A DNA stretch of 57,971 bases, the filler included, from Porpidia crustulata (Eukaryota): NCBI GenBank assembly GCA_964255105.1. It is 5 parts of 5 records of this genome, joined end to end, with 100 filler letters (N's around TTAATTAATTAA, not from the genome) between each part and the next. Parts side by side here need not be neighbours in the genome. Positions count along the whole stretch, not along the records: positions 1 to 11,525 come from CAXUWE010000645.1; 4 more parts are not named here. One strand, given 5' to 3'. Under the pieces are notes generated by a model. It did no database searches, was not told where the DNA came from, and was given only the letters and a program-made list of their open reading frames with translations. Positions 1 to 11,625 of the stretch are shown here, piece after piece. The number at the start of each line of letters is the position of its first letter. The first letter of the stretch is position 1. The translations under genes were made by a program, and so were the position numbers.

Positions 1-516
1 GGGCGGGATTCAGAATATTATGAAGATGGCACGGATGTTCATCTAGGGTAGGATTATTGACGAGAGAGTAATGATAAGTCAAGGACCAAAAGGGTATGAT
101 TGAACCCCTCCTCTGCACGAGCGCCGTAAGTATTAATTGCTAACAAATCTAATGACTAGAAGAAAAGCCATTGGATTAAATGCGTCATTCCATCCCATTG
201 TTAATGGTCATGCTACAAATACTTGAGCAAGATGCCGTCGAAATATAAACTCCGGAAGAGGCGTACAGGTATGGGTACTATGGAGGATGTTCGTCTAATG
301 TACAAACATCTGGGATTGACAGCGAGATTTCAATCATCACTTTCAAATCCGGGCATGGTTTGCTGGTGCTGAACAAGTATTATGTGTCATTATTAAATAA
401 GCCACCCAATAAGCTGGTCATGGTATAGTACATTGATAAAAGCAGATCTATGTCCTGGGTATATCACAACTTTTCCATACATAAAATTACTAGACGAATG
501 CAAGAACTTTGAACCT

Positions 517-1837
517 TTAGTGCGCCATCCCGTTCCGTCTCCCAATTTTCCGAGCAGTGCCAATCGTTGCACGTTTTACTTCACTGGCGACGTCCCCGCT
601 CTCTTCGCCACTGGTCGATTTGTCCTCAACATCGCCATCTTCGGCATCAGAAGTTCCTAGCGCTCGATTTTTGACATTGACGTATGCCCAGAGTGGCAGA
701 CGGAATAACACCGTGTCTCGAAAGGTAGGCTTCATTACTTCTTCCGGATCTAAGAGATATTCTCCTTTTGTCCCATCATCGCCTTCCTGCTCAAGGAAAA
801 CGTTTCCCACGGAATCTACGATCAAAACCTTGCCGTTCTCCGCTTGTACTTTTTTCTTTGCACCTTGAGGACCAGCATCAGATTCAGATTCAAGGGCCAT
901 CCTAGTCCCTCTCTGACGTACCCCCCGAGTGATCTTTACATCCTTCTCTTTTTTGCTCTCCCTATCTTGTTGGCGCTTCTGCCTACGATTAAGCGAAAGG
1001 CCCACGTCTTCTTGGCTGGCAGCGGCAGACGTTGCAACCTCGGCCGCGTCAACACCCGGGATGCCTCTACCTAATGATTCGTCACCCCAAGCAGTTCGTC
1101 TCGCATGTCGAATATACCGCTCCACAAATTCTCTTTGCCTCATCCAGCTCACGTACATTGCACCATAGTGGGCCAAGCCTCCACCAAGTACAAAAAGGCC
1201 AATAAGCACTGATCCAAGTCCTGGACGGAACCGCGCATAGTAGTAACCAGTGCCCTTCCACTTGGGGAAGCCGTTGCTCAAGAAATGATCATATCTCTCC
1301 CGGCCCGATCCTTTCAGAATGGTTGTGATCACGGCTAATCGTGCAAATCTGTCACTAGCTTTCTTTATAGCATCACGAATATCTGTATCCGATGGAGGTT
1401 TGCTGACATGGACACCGGGATTCACTTTCCGTGAATCAAGCTTAGACTTCGAGGTTGGCTTCGCCCTTGACGCAATCAAAGATTGCTTGGCTTTATCAGG
1501 GTGTATGACACGGGATCGCTTCCTGTAGGCTCTGGCAATGTCATCTTGCGATGCGCTGGGCTTCACGCCCAAGAATTCTAATGAATGATCGTTGCTTAGC
1601 ATATCTGAGCTTAGCTCCGCGTTCAAGGATATTTACTTACCGTAAAAGGTCACACCAGGGCCTTCTGAAGCTTCTATCTCATCTCGCAATCGGAATATTT
1701 CATGATCTATGTAAGAGTAATCAGGAGAAGCCGCGACTGGCTCACAAGATCGGCGTTCGCTCACCCTCCTTTCCCCAGCCTACTACGACGGCTAACAACG
1801 ATCCCCAAAGCAACAACGAAAAGAGTGAGTATCTCAT
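517..1837 (-). CDS. ER membrane DnaJ (J-domain) protein, Erj5-like; 3 exons (1837-1765, 1706-1641, 1577-517)
   Basis: Signal peptide MRYSLFSLLLWGSLLAVVVG, then WGKEDHEIFRLRDE..TFYEFLGV across two GT-AG introns; HPD motif (VIHPDK); ERYDHFLSNGFPKWKGTGYYY followed by a TM helix. Confidence 0.88.
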
Positions 1838-2407
1838 AATAATTGAACAACATGCATGTACACCTAACCGCAACACTCCCGAGAGCTGGTGGGTATTTGG
1901 AGTTAAACGAAAACTTGCGCTCTCGAGGTTGCGGTTCACCAGGATGTTTTTAAGTTTAGGTGCGTAAGATATAAAATCGCACAAACGTGGACCAATCGGA
2001 GGAAACGCAGCGAACCCGAGGGCGGTGAGTGAAAAAGAGAAGTACGGCCTGCTTGAATATTGTTTATATCTATGTATCAATTATCGCAGGTCGAGGAATT
2101 GAGGCTTCCACTTCCGCTTGTCAAGGTTGGAAGCCGCAACCGGATGGCGTGCCTGATTGCAAGTCCAGATCGTGTAGGACCCTGTGTGGTAGGTAACTCG
2201 CAGAAAATTATTTATTAGGCTCCAAATTTGTTGAAAAAGTCACTTAGACGCGCAAGTCTTAACGGCAAAAACACAGACGAAACAGGCTCCAGTTTTGCTC
2301 AAATGATCGTCGAACACGAGTCCAGCTTGACTCCGAAAATTTAGCACACACTCCTACCCGTACACTCTCATAAGCCTTCGAAATTTCAGACCTTGTGCCC
2401 TACAATA

Positions 2408-2938
2408 ATGGCACGTATTCAGATTCCCCTGGACGCTTTGACATCCCGGCTCAACCTCGGGTCTCGTTTCGAAAGCGTCCGTTCTCAGTCCGTTGGAACC
2501 AGATTCGCCAACCTAAAGCCAATCTCCGAATTTCTAGACTTCAAACGCCTTTCCAAGCCTGCCGATTTTGGGGATGTTCAAAGTAGAATCAACTACAATC
2601 TCGGCTACTTCTCAAGCAATTACGCTGCAGTTGCAATCATGCTAGGAATCTACAGTCTACTGACAAATCTCACATTACTGTTCGACATTATCTTCGTTGG
2701 AGTTGGATGGTTTGGGATCAAGAAGCTGAATGGTCGAGATCTTGAGCTTGGCTTTGGGCGTGCGACCACCTCACAGCTTTACACTGGTCTGCTAGTAATA
2801 GCCGTGCCTCTTTTTATTTGGGCCTCACCGATCTCAACTGCACTTTGGCTAGTCGGAGCCAACGGCGTAAGCATCCTTGGTCACGCATCATTTATGGACA
2901 AACCAATCGATACAGCTTTTTCAGAGGAGGCGGTCTAG
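2408..2938 (+). CDS. YIP3: Prenylated Rab acceptor 1 (PRA1 family), Yip3; 176 aa, intronless
   Basis: LKPISEFLDFKRLSKP..SRINYNLGYFSSNY and ILGHASF motifs plus hydrophobic hairpins typical of PRA1. Confidence 0.93.
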   Translation: MARIQIPLDALTSRLNLGSRFESVRSQSVGTRFANLKPISEFLDFKRLSKPADFGDVQSRINYNLGYFSSNYAAVAIMLGIYSLLTNLTLLFDIIFVGVGWFGIKKLNGRDLELGFGRATTSQLYTGLLVIAVPLFIWASPISTALWLVGANGVSILGHASFMDKPIDTAFSEEAV

Positions 2939-2987
2939 GTGGTCGGCCGCGAACTCCAAAAGATATGCCCTCATGGGGAAGACCATC
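2917..2987 (+). other. Putative -1 ribosomal frameshift signal: slippery T_TTT_TCA, 6-nt spacer, H-type pseudoknot
   Basis: Heptamer 2917-2923 is in the YIP3 frame. Stem 1 is GCGGTC(2930-35)/GGCCGC(2945-50). Stem 2 is GGTGGTC(2938-44)/GACCATC(2981-87). Confidence 0.7.
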
Positions 2988-4245
2988 CGGGGCTCGAGAC
3001 GGAAAGAAGAGGAAGGGAGAATTAAGGCATACACGGCAAAGGGAGGAAGATCGACGTTTTGAAGAAATAGACAGTGATGACTTAGATGGACATAGCGTTA
3101 ATTGGAATGGGACATACTCTAGCGATGAACTGCATTTTACCGACATTGACTTAGGACTGGGAATTCGGCGTCGACAGCGACGTGATCACAATCATGTCTA
3201 TAGCTCCGGAGCTTCGGAAGTAGATGAATATGACCCAGAAGAGATAGTTGGGGGTACAATGCAGCTAGCTCTGAGAGACAAGGAAGAATTACTTGTGCAG
3301 AGGGCTCTGGATCGTATACGCCGTGCTCAGATGCTTGGGAGGACCAATGTCAAGTTAACCCAGCCTGAAATTGATGCCCTAGAACGCAGGAAGCGGAAAG
3401 ACCGAGCGAAGTCCAGAGGCACAGAAACGACATCAAAGGGCGTCGAACGACGGCGAAGTACCGAATACTCCAGTGCTACCCTCAAGCACGACAACTCGGC
3501 GAATAGAAGATCGAAAAATCTCATCCCGAGGTACACTAAGAGTGGCTCGTCGAGCCCTGCTCGAGCAACACCTCCACGCTTGGTCTCACCTGGCCCAGAC
3601 AGCACTCCGGCCTTCACGCCCTTTGCTTATTACCCACAGTCAGGCGCCGCTCTACAAAGCCGATCGTCGCGCTCTACGTCGGGATCAACAAGCTCTCATA
3701 GCCCTCGGCAATTGAATCTTCCTTTGTTGCCAAACCGACCGCATACTCAGATGAGACGTTATGTCTCGGTACCAGAATCCTTACAACCAGAGTCGTTGTC
3801 TCGTTCGCCGCCTCCGCCGCGGCGTTTACCTGATGATCCCAACTGGGCTCCACGACCTCGGTCAGCTTCTTCGAGTCAGCCCCATCCTACTGAGCCGTCT
3901 CAGCATCAAGCGCACTCTCCGCCACTCCCACAAGTGCCCATTCAATACAGCCAAGGCCGAAGACATGTTTCAGGTCCGTCGGATATCCAGTACTCCAATG
4001 CGCGAAGACTTCCTCTCCCACAAATGCCTTATGCCACCCCCTCCGATCCCTCGAGTTTACAACGAGAATACTTAGACGAGGCACCAGGCGAGGCTAGTCT
4101 TAGTGAAGACGACTCCGACTATGACAATGACACAGAAAATTCTGGTGTTAGGGTTGATGTTATCCCCTTCGTGGGGGAAGGCTATACTGTGGATGTGAGC
4201 TCTGGAACTCTTTCCGGGCGGAGGCAAAGACAAAGTTTACGATGA
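2920..4245 (+). CDS. Ser/Pro/Arg-rich ORF in the -1 frame overlapping the YIP3 3' end; probable trans-frame extension of Yip3 (alternative own ATG at 2965)
   Basis: -1 frame is open from 2746 to 4245. The first ATG lies only 26 nt after the YIP3 stop. Contains a helical block MQLALRDKEELLVQRALDRIRRAQMLG. Confidence 0.8.
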   Translation, partial: FRGGGLGGRPRTPKDMPSWGRPSGARDGKKRKGELRHTRQREEDRRFEEIDSDDLDGHSVNWNGTYSSDELHFTDIDLGLGIRRRQRRDHNHVYSSGASEVDEYDPEEIVGGTMQLALRDKEELLVQRALDRIRRAQMLGRTNVKLTQPEIDALERRKRKDRAKSRGTETTSKGVERRRSTEYSSATLKHDNSANRRSKNLIPRYTKSGSSSPARATPPRLVSPGPDSTPAFTPFAYYPQSGAALQSRSSRSTSGSTSSHSPRQLNLPLLPNRPHTQMRRYVSVPESLQPESLSRSPPPPRRLPDDPNWAPRPRSASSSQPHPTEPSQHQAHSPPLPQVPIQYSQGRRHVSGPSDIQYSNARRLPLPQMPYATPSDPSSLQREYLDEAPGEASLSEDDSDYDNDTENSGVRVDVIPFVGEGYTVDVSSGTLSGRRQRQSLR

Positions 4246-4429
4246 GTCATAAGCGTCTTGAGGTCTTTAGCTGTTACAAGTGCATTGGGCAGGCTATTAG
4301 ACCAGGAGCTATGGTCGTGCAGGGGCGAACTGCTTCTCATGTTTGAATACTAGATACCAAATCAATACCGGTCCCTAGTGCCCCAAGGGCGCCATGAGCG
4401 TAAGAATAATAACTACATGCTGTTCCACG

Positions 4430-5556
4430 TCATTGCGCCAGTATATTCTCCTTGAACTCTTCCTGCATGGCTTGGCCAACTCCAATACACTGCAGGTAGC
4501 CTTGCAAGCCGCCATATGTCTTGTCGATGTGCTCATGCATTTCTACTACAAAGGTCGGTGGACAGCCAGCAAACTCCTCGCCAAGGCCAACCTCTCTGAT
4601 CTCCACCATCCTTGCCTGCTTTTCCGGAAATAAGTAACGTTCGCTAGCAACGTAATCCTCCGTGATACATTGAAGCGGGATTTCTAAGAGAAGCAACGCG
4701 AGCAATACGACGAGGCCTGTCCGGTCTTTCCCTTGGGTACAATGAATCATAACAGGATAATTTGCCGAGTCAGCTAGGACTTCGAAGACCTGGCGAATCT
4801 CCGACTTGCTATGGTCGAGAGAGTCTTTACCGAGGCCGATGAGTCCGCGAGGTTGCATGACTTCTGTGCCGAGGATGCTGATGGCTTCGGTCCTGTAGCC
4901 AAGAATTATGAGGCTTATCGATCTTCTGGATCATGGTCAGGAAGGTTTGGCAAACATTGATCGACGGAACAGACATCAGGCTAGACCATCTAAGCTTACT
5001 CAACAACGCTCTTTCAAAAGCGCCACCATTAAGGTTGATCTCTTGGTACTGAATTCCAGGAATCCTCGGCGGCTCAGCAGCACTACTTTTAGATTGCGAT
5101 GCTGTTGCTGAGCTTGCCGTAGAAGTATCACGTTTCTTGGCTTGCTTTACGTGTTCAGTCCTTGAAAGATGGTCAGAAGACATTGGCATACCAGGGTAAT
5201 CAGACAGCTACAGACTTGGATCTCAAATCAATGATGGTAGCGATACCGAATGTATCTGTCAAACGCCTTTGATCTTGAGGGACTCCGTCATCGGGCTGTA
5301 TGTTGCAAATCAGCCCCGGTTTACGGGATTGGTACGACTCAACATGCTCTTGCACTTCTGAAAATCCGCCCTTCTCTCAATTCGCTGCCAAATCTCAGCC
5401 TCGCCTTTACAAATGATCTGTCCCCGCGAAGGCTTCCACAGGCGCGACCCACTGGCAGCCACACAGGCGGTTCACGGTCTGTCCAACATCACGGAAATTT
5501 AAAATGGACGGGAAGGGGCTTTCAGGGACGAGTCCACCGTTAGGCTTCCTGGACAT
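4430..5556 (-). CDS. Tyrosine/lipid phosphatase (Y_phosphatase3 / IphP-like), multi-exon
   Basis: N-terminal ILNFRDVG motif, catalytic P-loop HCTQGKDRTG and DY..SE motif; GT-AG introns link the ORF pieces. Confidence 0.88.
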
Positions 5557-5975
5557 CTCGAGCGAATGGGTGTTTAGACTCGATAGGCGTAATGCAAATA
5601 AGGACTAGGTGGCCATAGCAGCCAAAGTCAGTATAGCATTGACGAGCCAGCCCATCTAAACTCGAATTGTTCTCTACATCAGCGATATATTGTAATCGTG
5701 GACACCTACCTCCAGTAGTAATGATCGGAAGGCATTGGTCGAGGTAGTTAGCGCCTAGAAAGTGGATCTTGGTCGCCCGTCAAGCTTGGTAGCCTCCTAC
5801 GTCATCGGAGACGACTTGACAGCAACTTACTGAATATGTCAGTCTTCGGACTGCAACGCAAATCATCCATAGCGTTGTCCACCAAAAACTCGTACCTGCT
5901 CTGCTTACTCCTCTGATTGCGAAGTATCGCTGTGCTACGACAAGATTATCTTGTTTCATAACAGCTGTTGGCAGC

Positions 5976-8900
5976 ATGGCCGGCGCCAAATCGCAGAAAC
6001 TTGAGGATCAAGGTGAGCCGGTGCATGGAATCGTGGCAGAAATCTCTACTTACGCTCATACACCAAAGCTGCAAAGTCTGCCATGTACGACGTAAAGCCA
6101 AATGGAGGAAACAAGCACAAAAGTAGTTATCCCTTGGATGACGACAATAAACTGTCCTCCGCAGGTATAAACTCGATTACCTTCGTAATGAGAATTCAGC
6201 ATCTTACATTCTTACAGGAGCTGCTGCCTCGCTTAAGTATATCGACCCGCGTGACCTTCCATCGTTTCCTTCCGCGGGCTTCTCCAATAAAGATTCTTGG
6301 GCAGGCGCAGCCGCAAGCCTGGCAAATGCCAACCAAAAAGCCTTCGAATATTGGAAACCTGACCCCTCGGTATCTGCAAACAAAGCTGCGCTGCTGGCAA
6401 AGGACTACAAAGCTGCGCCACGATGGCATCCAGAAATGAGTTCGGCGGGCTCCAAGGCAGCGCTTCTGGCTGCGAAGGACGGAGGGCACGTCGATGTGTG
6501 GAGACCTGAACCAACCAACGCAGGTAGCTCCGCAGCTGGGCAGGCCATGCGCATGAAAGGATTAAGCCCTCAGGTATACCAAGGGGTTACTATCGACGAG
6601 AGCAAGAGAGCCTTACTCGCTGCAACGGGTGCAATGTCTGGAAGCAGAAAGCGCGCTGGCTCCATGCCAATCGTCAACCCTAGGTATCCAGGCTCCGCTA
6701 ATGCCGCAACCAATGCTCTCAGCGCCGCGACTTTGGCGAACAAACCTACAAACACTATACAAGCACACACGCGGGCGTCGACACCAATTGATGGAGCCCA
6801 GATTCATAATGCAGCAGTGACCAAATTATCCCGCGAGATGTATACATCGCATCCTCCTGTAGCACCAGAGATTGAAGAGAAGAATCGACAGGCCGGCCTG
6901 CGAGCTGCTGCAATCTCCATGGCGAAGCAAATGTATGATGTACAGGAAAAAGCAATAGAAGCGGCTTCTGCAGATGTGGAAAATGCTGAAAGCCGCTATG
7001 CTGCCACAAGTGTGCATAATCGCCAGGTATCTACAGTCATGCCCGCCGGGGCGCAACCGTCGGTCACCCAGTATACCAATTTACAGGGAGCTGCGCAGAA
7101 GCTGGCAGCAGAGCGCCTGGCCAAGCTTCACGACGAACACGCCGCATATCGCAACTACTATGGAGCAGCCCCTCCACCACAGTCTAGGTTATCAATCCGA
7201 GGACGCACTCGGAGACGAGCTTCCAGCGATGGACAAATCGACGATTCTGACGCTGCACGTTCGAAACAGATTCGGTCTGAGATGTCTTTGTTTAACGACA
7301 AGCTAGCACAAGTCGACGCCAAGAAGCGGCAGCAAGATCGAGACTCACTAATGGCAGCTGCGCAGAGAAATGTTAAGGCAAGTATGCACGGTATGGACGA
7401 AAAGGTCTTCAATGAGACTGGTAAAGCTTCACCAGCAATGATTGAGGAACGGGAGGCCAAAGCGAGCGCTCGTGCGAAGGCAGACAGTGAAGCCCGCATG
7501 GTCAACCATGGAAGGGTTGATATTGGTGGTGGGAAGTACCTCGATCAGTCTGAGATTGACGCCATTGCCGTGCGGCGAGTTCAGCCCACCCTTGACGAAA
7601 TCACGGAAAAGGTCCAGAAACATAGAGCCAGGGATGAGCAACTCAGGCAAGCACAGCTGGAGCGTGAACGGCTCGCGACAGAAAAATTTCAGGACCAGAA
7701 GGAGCGTGACCTCAGGACCAAGGAGGAATGGAAAAAATTTAGAGGTACTTTCCAGTGATGTTTCGATATTTTCGTAGCTGTACTGATTGCAAACAGAGGA
7801 CGAGAAGTTAGAAATCAAGGCCAAGAAAGAAGAAAAAAAGGCGAAGAAGGCTGAGCAGAAGCGGCTCCGAGAGGGAGAAAAGCGTAGGGGCAAAGAAATT
7901 CCTACGACCTTGACAAGTGCGACTCGAAACTCTGAAGAAAGGCCAGTGACCGCGACAGAGCCTCCAATCCTTGATCCGATACCAAATGTTGGGCCATTAT
8001 CCACAGAAGCACCAGGTATTGCAACGGCAGCCAATAAGGAAATCTCTCTAGTCAACCTACCCCTGAAACTAGCACCCAAGGGCGAGTCTGTTTCCGCCCG
8101 AGTGACAGGCTTTTCATCATTGCCTTCTGGGGAAATATCTCCAGTCGAGCTAGCTCCAATCACAAATTCGATACCTAGAGGGACGACAACTCCACCAATA
8201 ATAGATCCAGATCATGCCGAACATGTGGCTGCTCGCGTACTATCGGCACCAATTGTTAATGAAGAGCTTCCACCAATTACAGACATTAGCCCTTCCTTGA
8301 TGCCTGTCCAGACGACCGCTATGCCGCTATCTATTCCTAAGTCCTCGAGTATTTCTACGCCGGAGGAGCCCACTGAGCTATCTATCACAACGGCATCCAC
8401 CGCATTAACTAAGCCGATTGAGCATACCGACTCCGTTTCATCCCGAACTGATCCTGTTGCAACCACACAAACCACCATTACTGGCCCCGCAAAAGAACCA
8501 AAAAGCGAGTCCAAAGTTTCCTCCTGGCTAAAATCGAAATTCTCCTCTCGAACCAATAAACCCACCAAGGAGGTAGCTCCCGAAAGTAGCAGTAAAGAGA
8601 AAGCCTTTGTCGGCGGTGCAACTTTGACCGACCCAAACGTTGCCAGCCAAAATAGCCTCGGACCCACTAAGATCTCATCCGTGCGTGAGGCCGCGATGGC
8701 CGGCCGCCAACCTGCCGCTGTCCTTGATGGTCCAGTCGATGACCACGAGCTCTATGCCGCTTCCGAGCCACGGAGCCAAGCCCGACGTCGCGATCACCCC
8801 TCCTCACCATACATCAGCAGCATTTCAAGCGACGAGGACACGAGAGGTCGATCGACCATGAGAAGGGAAGAGACGGAGAGCACCCAGGGTGAGGAGTTTG

Positions 8901-9016
8901 AGGAGGCGCTAGATCATTTCGACAAAGAGGCGTTAGCGCCCCCGGCTACACTAGGGACGATTGAGCGAGTGGGTGGAAGTCCGGTTAGGGATTCGAAGTT
9001 TCAGGAGATCTTGTAG
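5976..9016 (+). CDS. Eisosome assembly protein (Eis1-like), about 4 exons
   Basis: Ala-rich SAGxAALLA repeats, LRAAAISMAKQMY, LMAAAQRNVKASMHGMDEKVF, G(R)VDIGGGKYLDQSEIDAIA..VQPTLDEI, C-terminal RDSKFQEIL. Confidence 0.78.
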
Positions 9017-9641
9017 CCATTGAGCTCGGATGTGGATCGCAAGCAAGGGGGATTCTACGCTTTGTGTGGTGACGCTTTCAAGATTATGGCAGGCTCACTT
9101 AAGAGGTCGAGATCAACAGAGTAATTCTATGTTTTATATAAACACGCTGTCCTTCAGAAAGCCGGGGCTATTGAGGCAATGTTGTTGTAATCCGTGGGCA
9201 TTATGTCTGCTTAGGAATTGGTATGACTTATTCGCCAGAGACAGCACCCTCTACTCGCTTCTCCGTAATATGATTGCCAGTAACTACCAGAAAGAAGACC
9301 CGCCTTGGGTGGTGTTCTGTCTAATGCGATGTTCAAAAATCAATATGCTAAACACGAAGTACTAATAGTTTATTACAACCTTGGGTCATGATGTTCGAGA
9401 GAGGGTTGCTAATGACAGGAAACGATTACAATGTTTAGTTGCTCATGATGATATAGCCTGGGCCGAATCGCTCATGTTCCGCGATCGCGGATTGTCCAAA
9501 TGCTACGCAAAAGTAAGGAGCTCCCCAGTCTTACAATTGTTAACACCAACTCGCGATGCTATGCTTGAGCTCCTGTGCTGAATGCACGCTGCATTTGTAC
9601 GAGCCGTAAGCTGCTTGATCGGTATATCAACGAATCCACTC

Positions 9642-10889
9642 TCAAAAATTCTGTGCGGCAATCGGTCTAACAAGACCATCTCCAACATCCACACCGGTCA
9701 CAGCAGACTCCGTGTATGCAATATCGCCATGGGCGGGATGCGCACCGTTGACTGCTGATCGTTCATGCTCACGGCCATTAGTATATCTGTAGCTAGAGCC
9801 ATTTCGTTGAAGCAGTTCATGGCCAACACCAAGTTTCTGGTTTCCTAGCTCTCCTTGCCCGTAATTGCTTTTGAATTGTTTGTCTTTCGCGGCAGGGAAT
9901 AGGTCAACAGAAAAGCTCAGGACGTAGAATGTGAAGACCAGCGAGATTATCCACTCTACATCCAACGTTAGTTTCGTTGCCAAGCGCAACTCGAGCATAT
10001 GGGAAGTTACCAAAAACAGCACCAATATTCTTTCTGGAAGTGAAGGTCATGGCAACAAATACAACCGCGAGTATTACTTATAAATCTTTTAGCAATAGAA
10101 AATTCGCCGAGTTAGTTTTGAGAAACTAACGTTCCACAATAATGAAGGCAAGTTTTATCCAGAACGAGGCCCTCAGAACGCGGTGTTGACGATACTGTAC
10201 CCCAAGGCGTTGATATTCGGCGCACACGAAGATAGCACTAATGACGTAGCCGGCACTAAGATGGTGTTAGCAGCTTCCCCATATTTAAGTATCAGTTAGA
10301 GACAAACATGAACAGTAAAAGAAATCCGTCATGCAATTTCGGATGGCGTAAGGTGTCGAAAATCGAAAGCAAGATAAGTCCAGCGGTGCCAGCGAGTGCA
10401 AAGACGACTCGAAACAGAAATTAGTACAGTCTCCATATCGTGATGCTCGCGACGATGCATACTGGAAAGCGCCGAAAGTGACTTGTCCACAACACCTGTG
10501 TTTTTGGCCAAGCGACCTGCATGTCGCAGATACCTTTCGGCTGCAAATGACAAGTCCAGAAAGATAGTGGTCACACAGCAACCAGCAACAAAGAGAGGCT
10601 TTAATCCCTCGGCACCAACATCTGATATGTAGCTAGAAATCACTCATCACGAGGCACCCCTTGGAAAAGATATGAGGGGACTTACGCGATCTTTTGGTTA
10701 GCATCCATCGAGGCGTAGTGCGGGTGCCCTTCAAGTTCCCATACAATGAACATTGTGAGTAGCATACCTATATCTATTAGTTTACGGAGGCTTCTGTTCT
10801 ACAGTCTCACGGAGTTTTGACCAACCAAGCCATGTGAAGGCACTAATAAGCGGTAGCAGCCCGAAGGCTAAATATTTGATAGTAAACAT
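9642..10889 (-). CDS. SFK1: Frag1/DRAM/Sfk1-family multi-pass plasma membrane protein, 7 exons
   Basis: Spliced product contains LPLISAFTWLGMLL, YISDVGAEGLKPLF, LILLSIFDTLRHPKLHDGF, SFWIKLAF and FEWIISLVFTFY. Confidence 0.85.
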
Positions 10890-11129
10890 ATCAAATTCAG
10901 AAAGGGCGTTTTGCCAGCCAAAAAAATTAGAAGAGCAAATAGGATAATTAGGTTGCTGGAGTGGGAGAGAAGGGTGCGCTGCAGTTCCTATCGGAATGTG
11001 GCACACGAGAGGTTTGTTGAAAGAATGTAATAGTGGCAGACACAGCGATGAGGACGCAAGGACTTCTTGGAGCATACAGATCGCAAAATCAATATGTTTA
11101 TTTATTCGTCAAGAAATTGGGTAGACCCA

Positions 11130-11137
11130 TGACGTCA
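11130..11137. promoter_or_regulatory. Perfect CRE/ATF palindrome TGACGTCA about 240 bp upstream of the SFK1-like start
   Basis: Exact 8-mer only; function untested. Confidence 0.3.
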
Positions 11138-11525
11138 GTGATGCCGGCAGTTCGAATGACGGCTGGATGTCCTTACTGAAGCGAGCGCTGAATAGCAACC
11201 CCTGATGATGCCGCCACCAGGTACCCGGCTGACCCGTAAACCCCTTAAAATGAGGTTTACTTCTAGGGTTATAAACCTATTCCTCACCAAATCGCTTTCC
11301 CACCATTTCAAATATGGAGCAATTATATATTATCTATCATTCTACATCCTTCATCATCATAGCTCTAGTATCGTCATCGATCAAGAGAAATAGAAAAAGA
11401 GCCATGAGCAAATAGCGGAACAACAGCAACAGCAACAGCAAATACGAGAGCGGAATAGAAACAGCAGAAGCAAAGTGTTACGATCAGACCTTCCCCAACA
11501 TCCCCAGCAGCCCACCGGATCAAGG

Positions 11526-11625
11526 NNNNNNNNNNNNNNNNNNNNNNNNNNNNNNNNNNNNNNNNNNNNTTAATTAATTAANNNNNNNNNNNNNNNNNNN
11601 NNNNNNNNNNNNNNNNNNNNNNNNN
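11526..11625. other. Artificial contig linker N44-TTAATTAATTAA-N44
   Basis: 12-mer with stops in all six frames flanked by N runs; identical at four places. Confidence 0.98.

Noticed and set aside
7429..8163. Long antisense ORFs (e.g. 7429-8163, 37289-37819, 43438-43866)
   Set aside because: Shadows of real genes on the opposite strand; no recognisable motifs
11570..11581. Recurrent TTAATTAATTAA palindrome as a repeat or target site
   Set aside because: Always centred in N runs; it is a synthetic six-frame stop spacer
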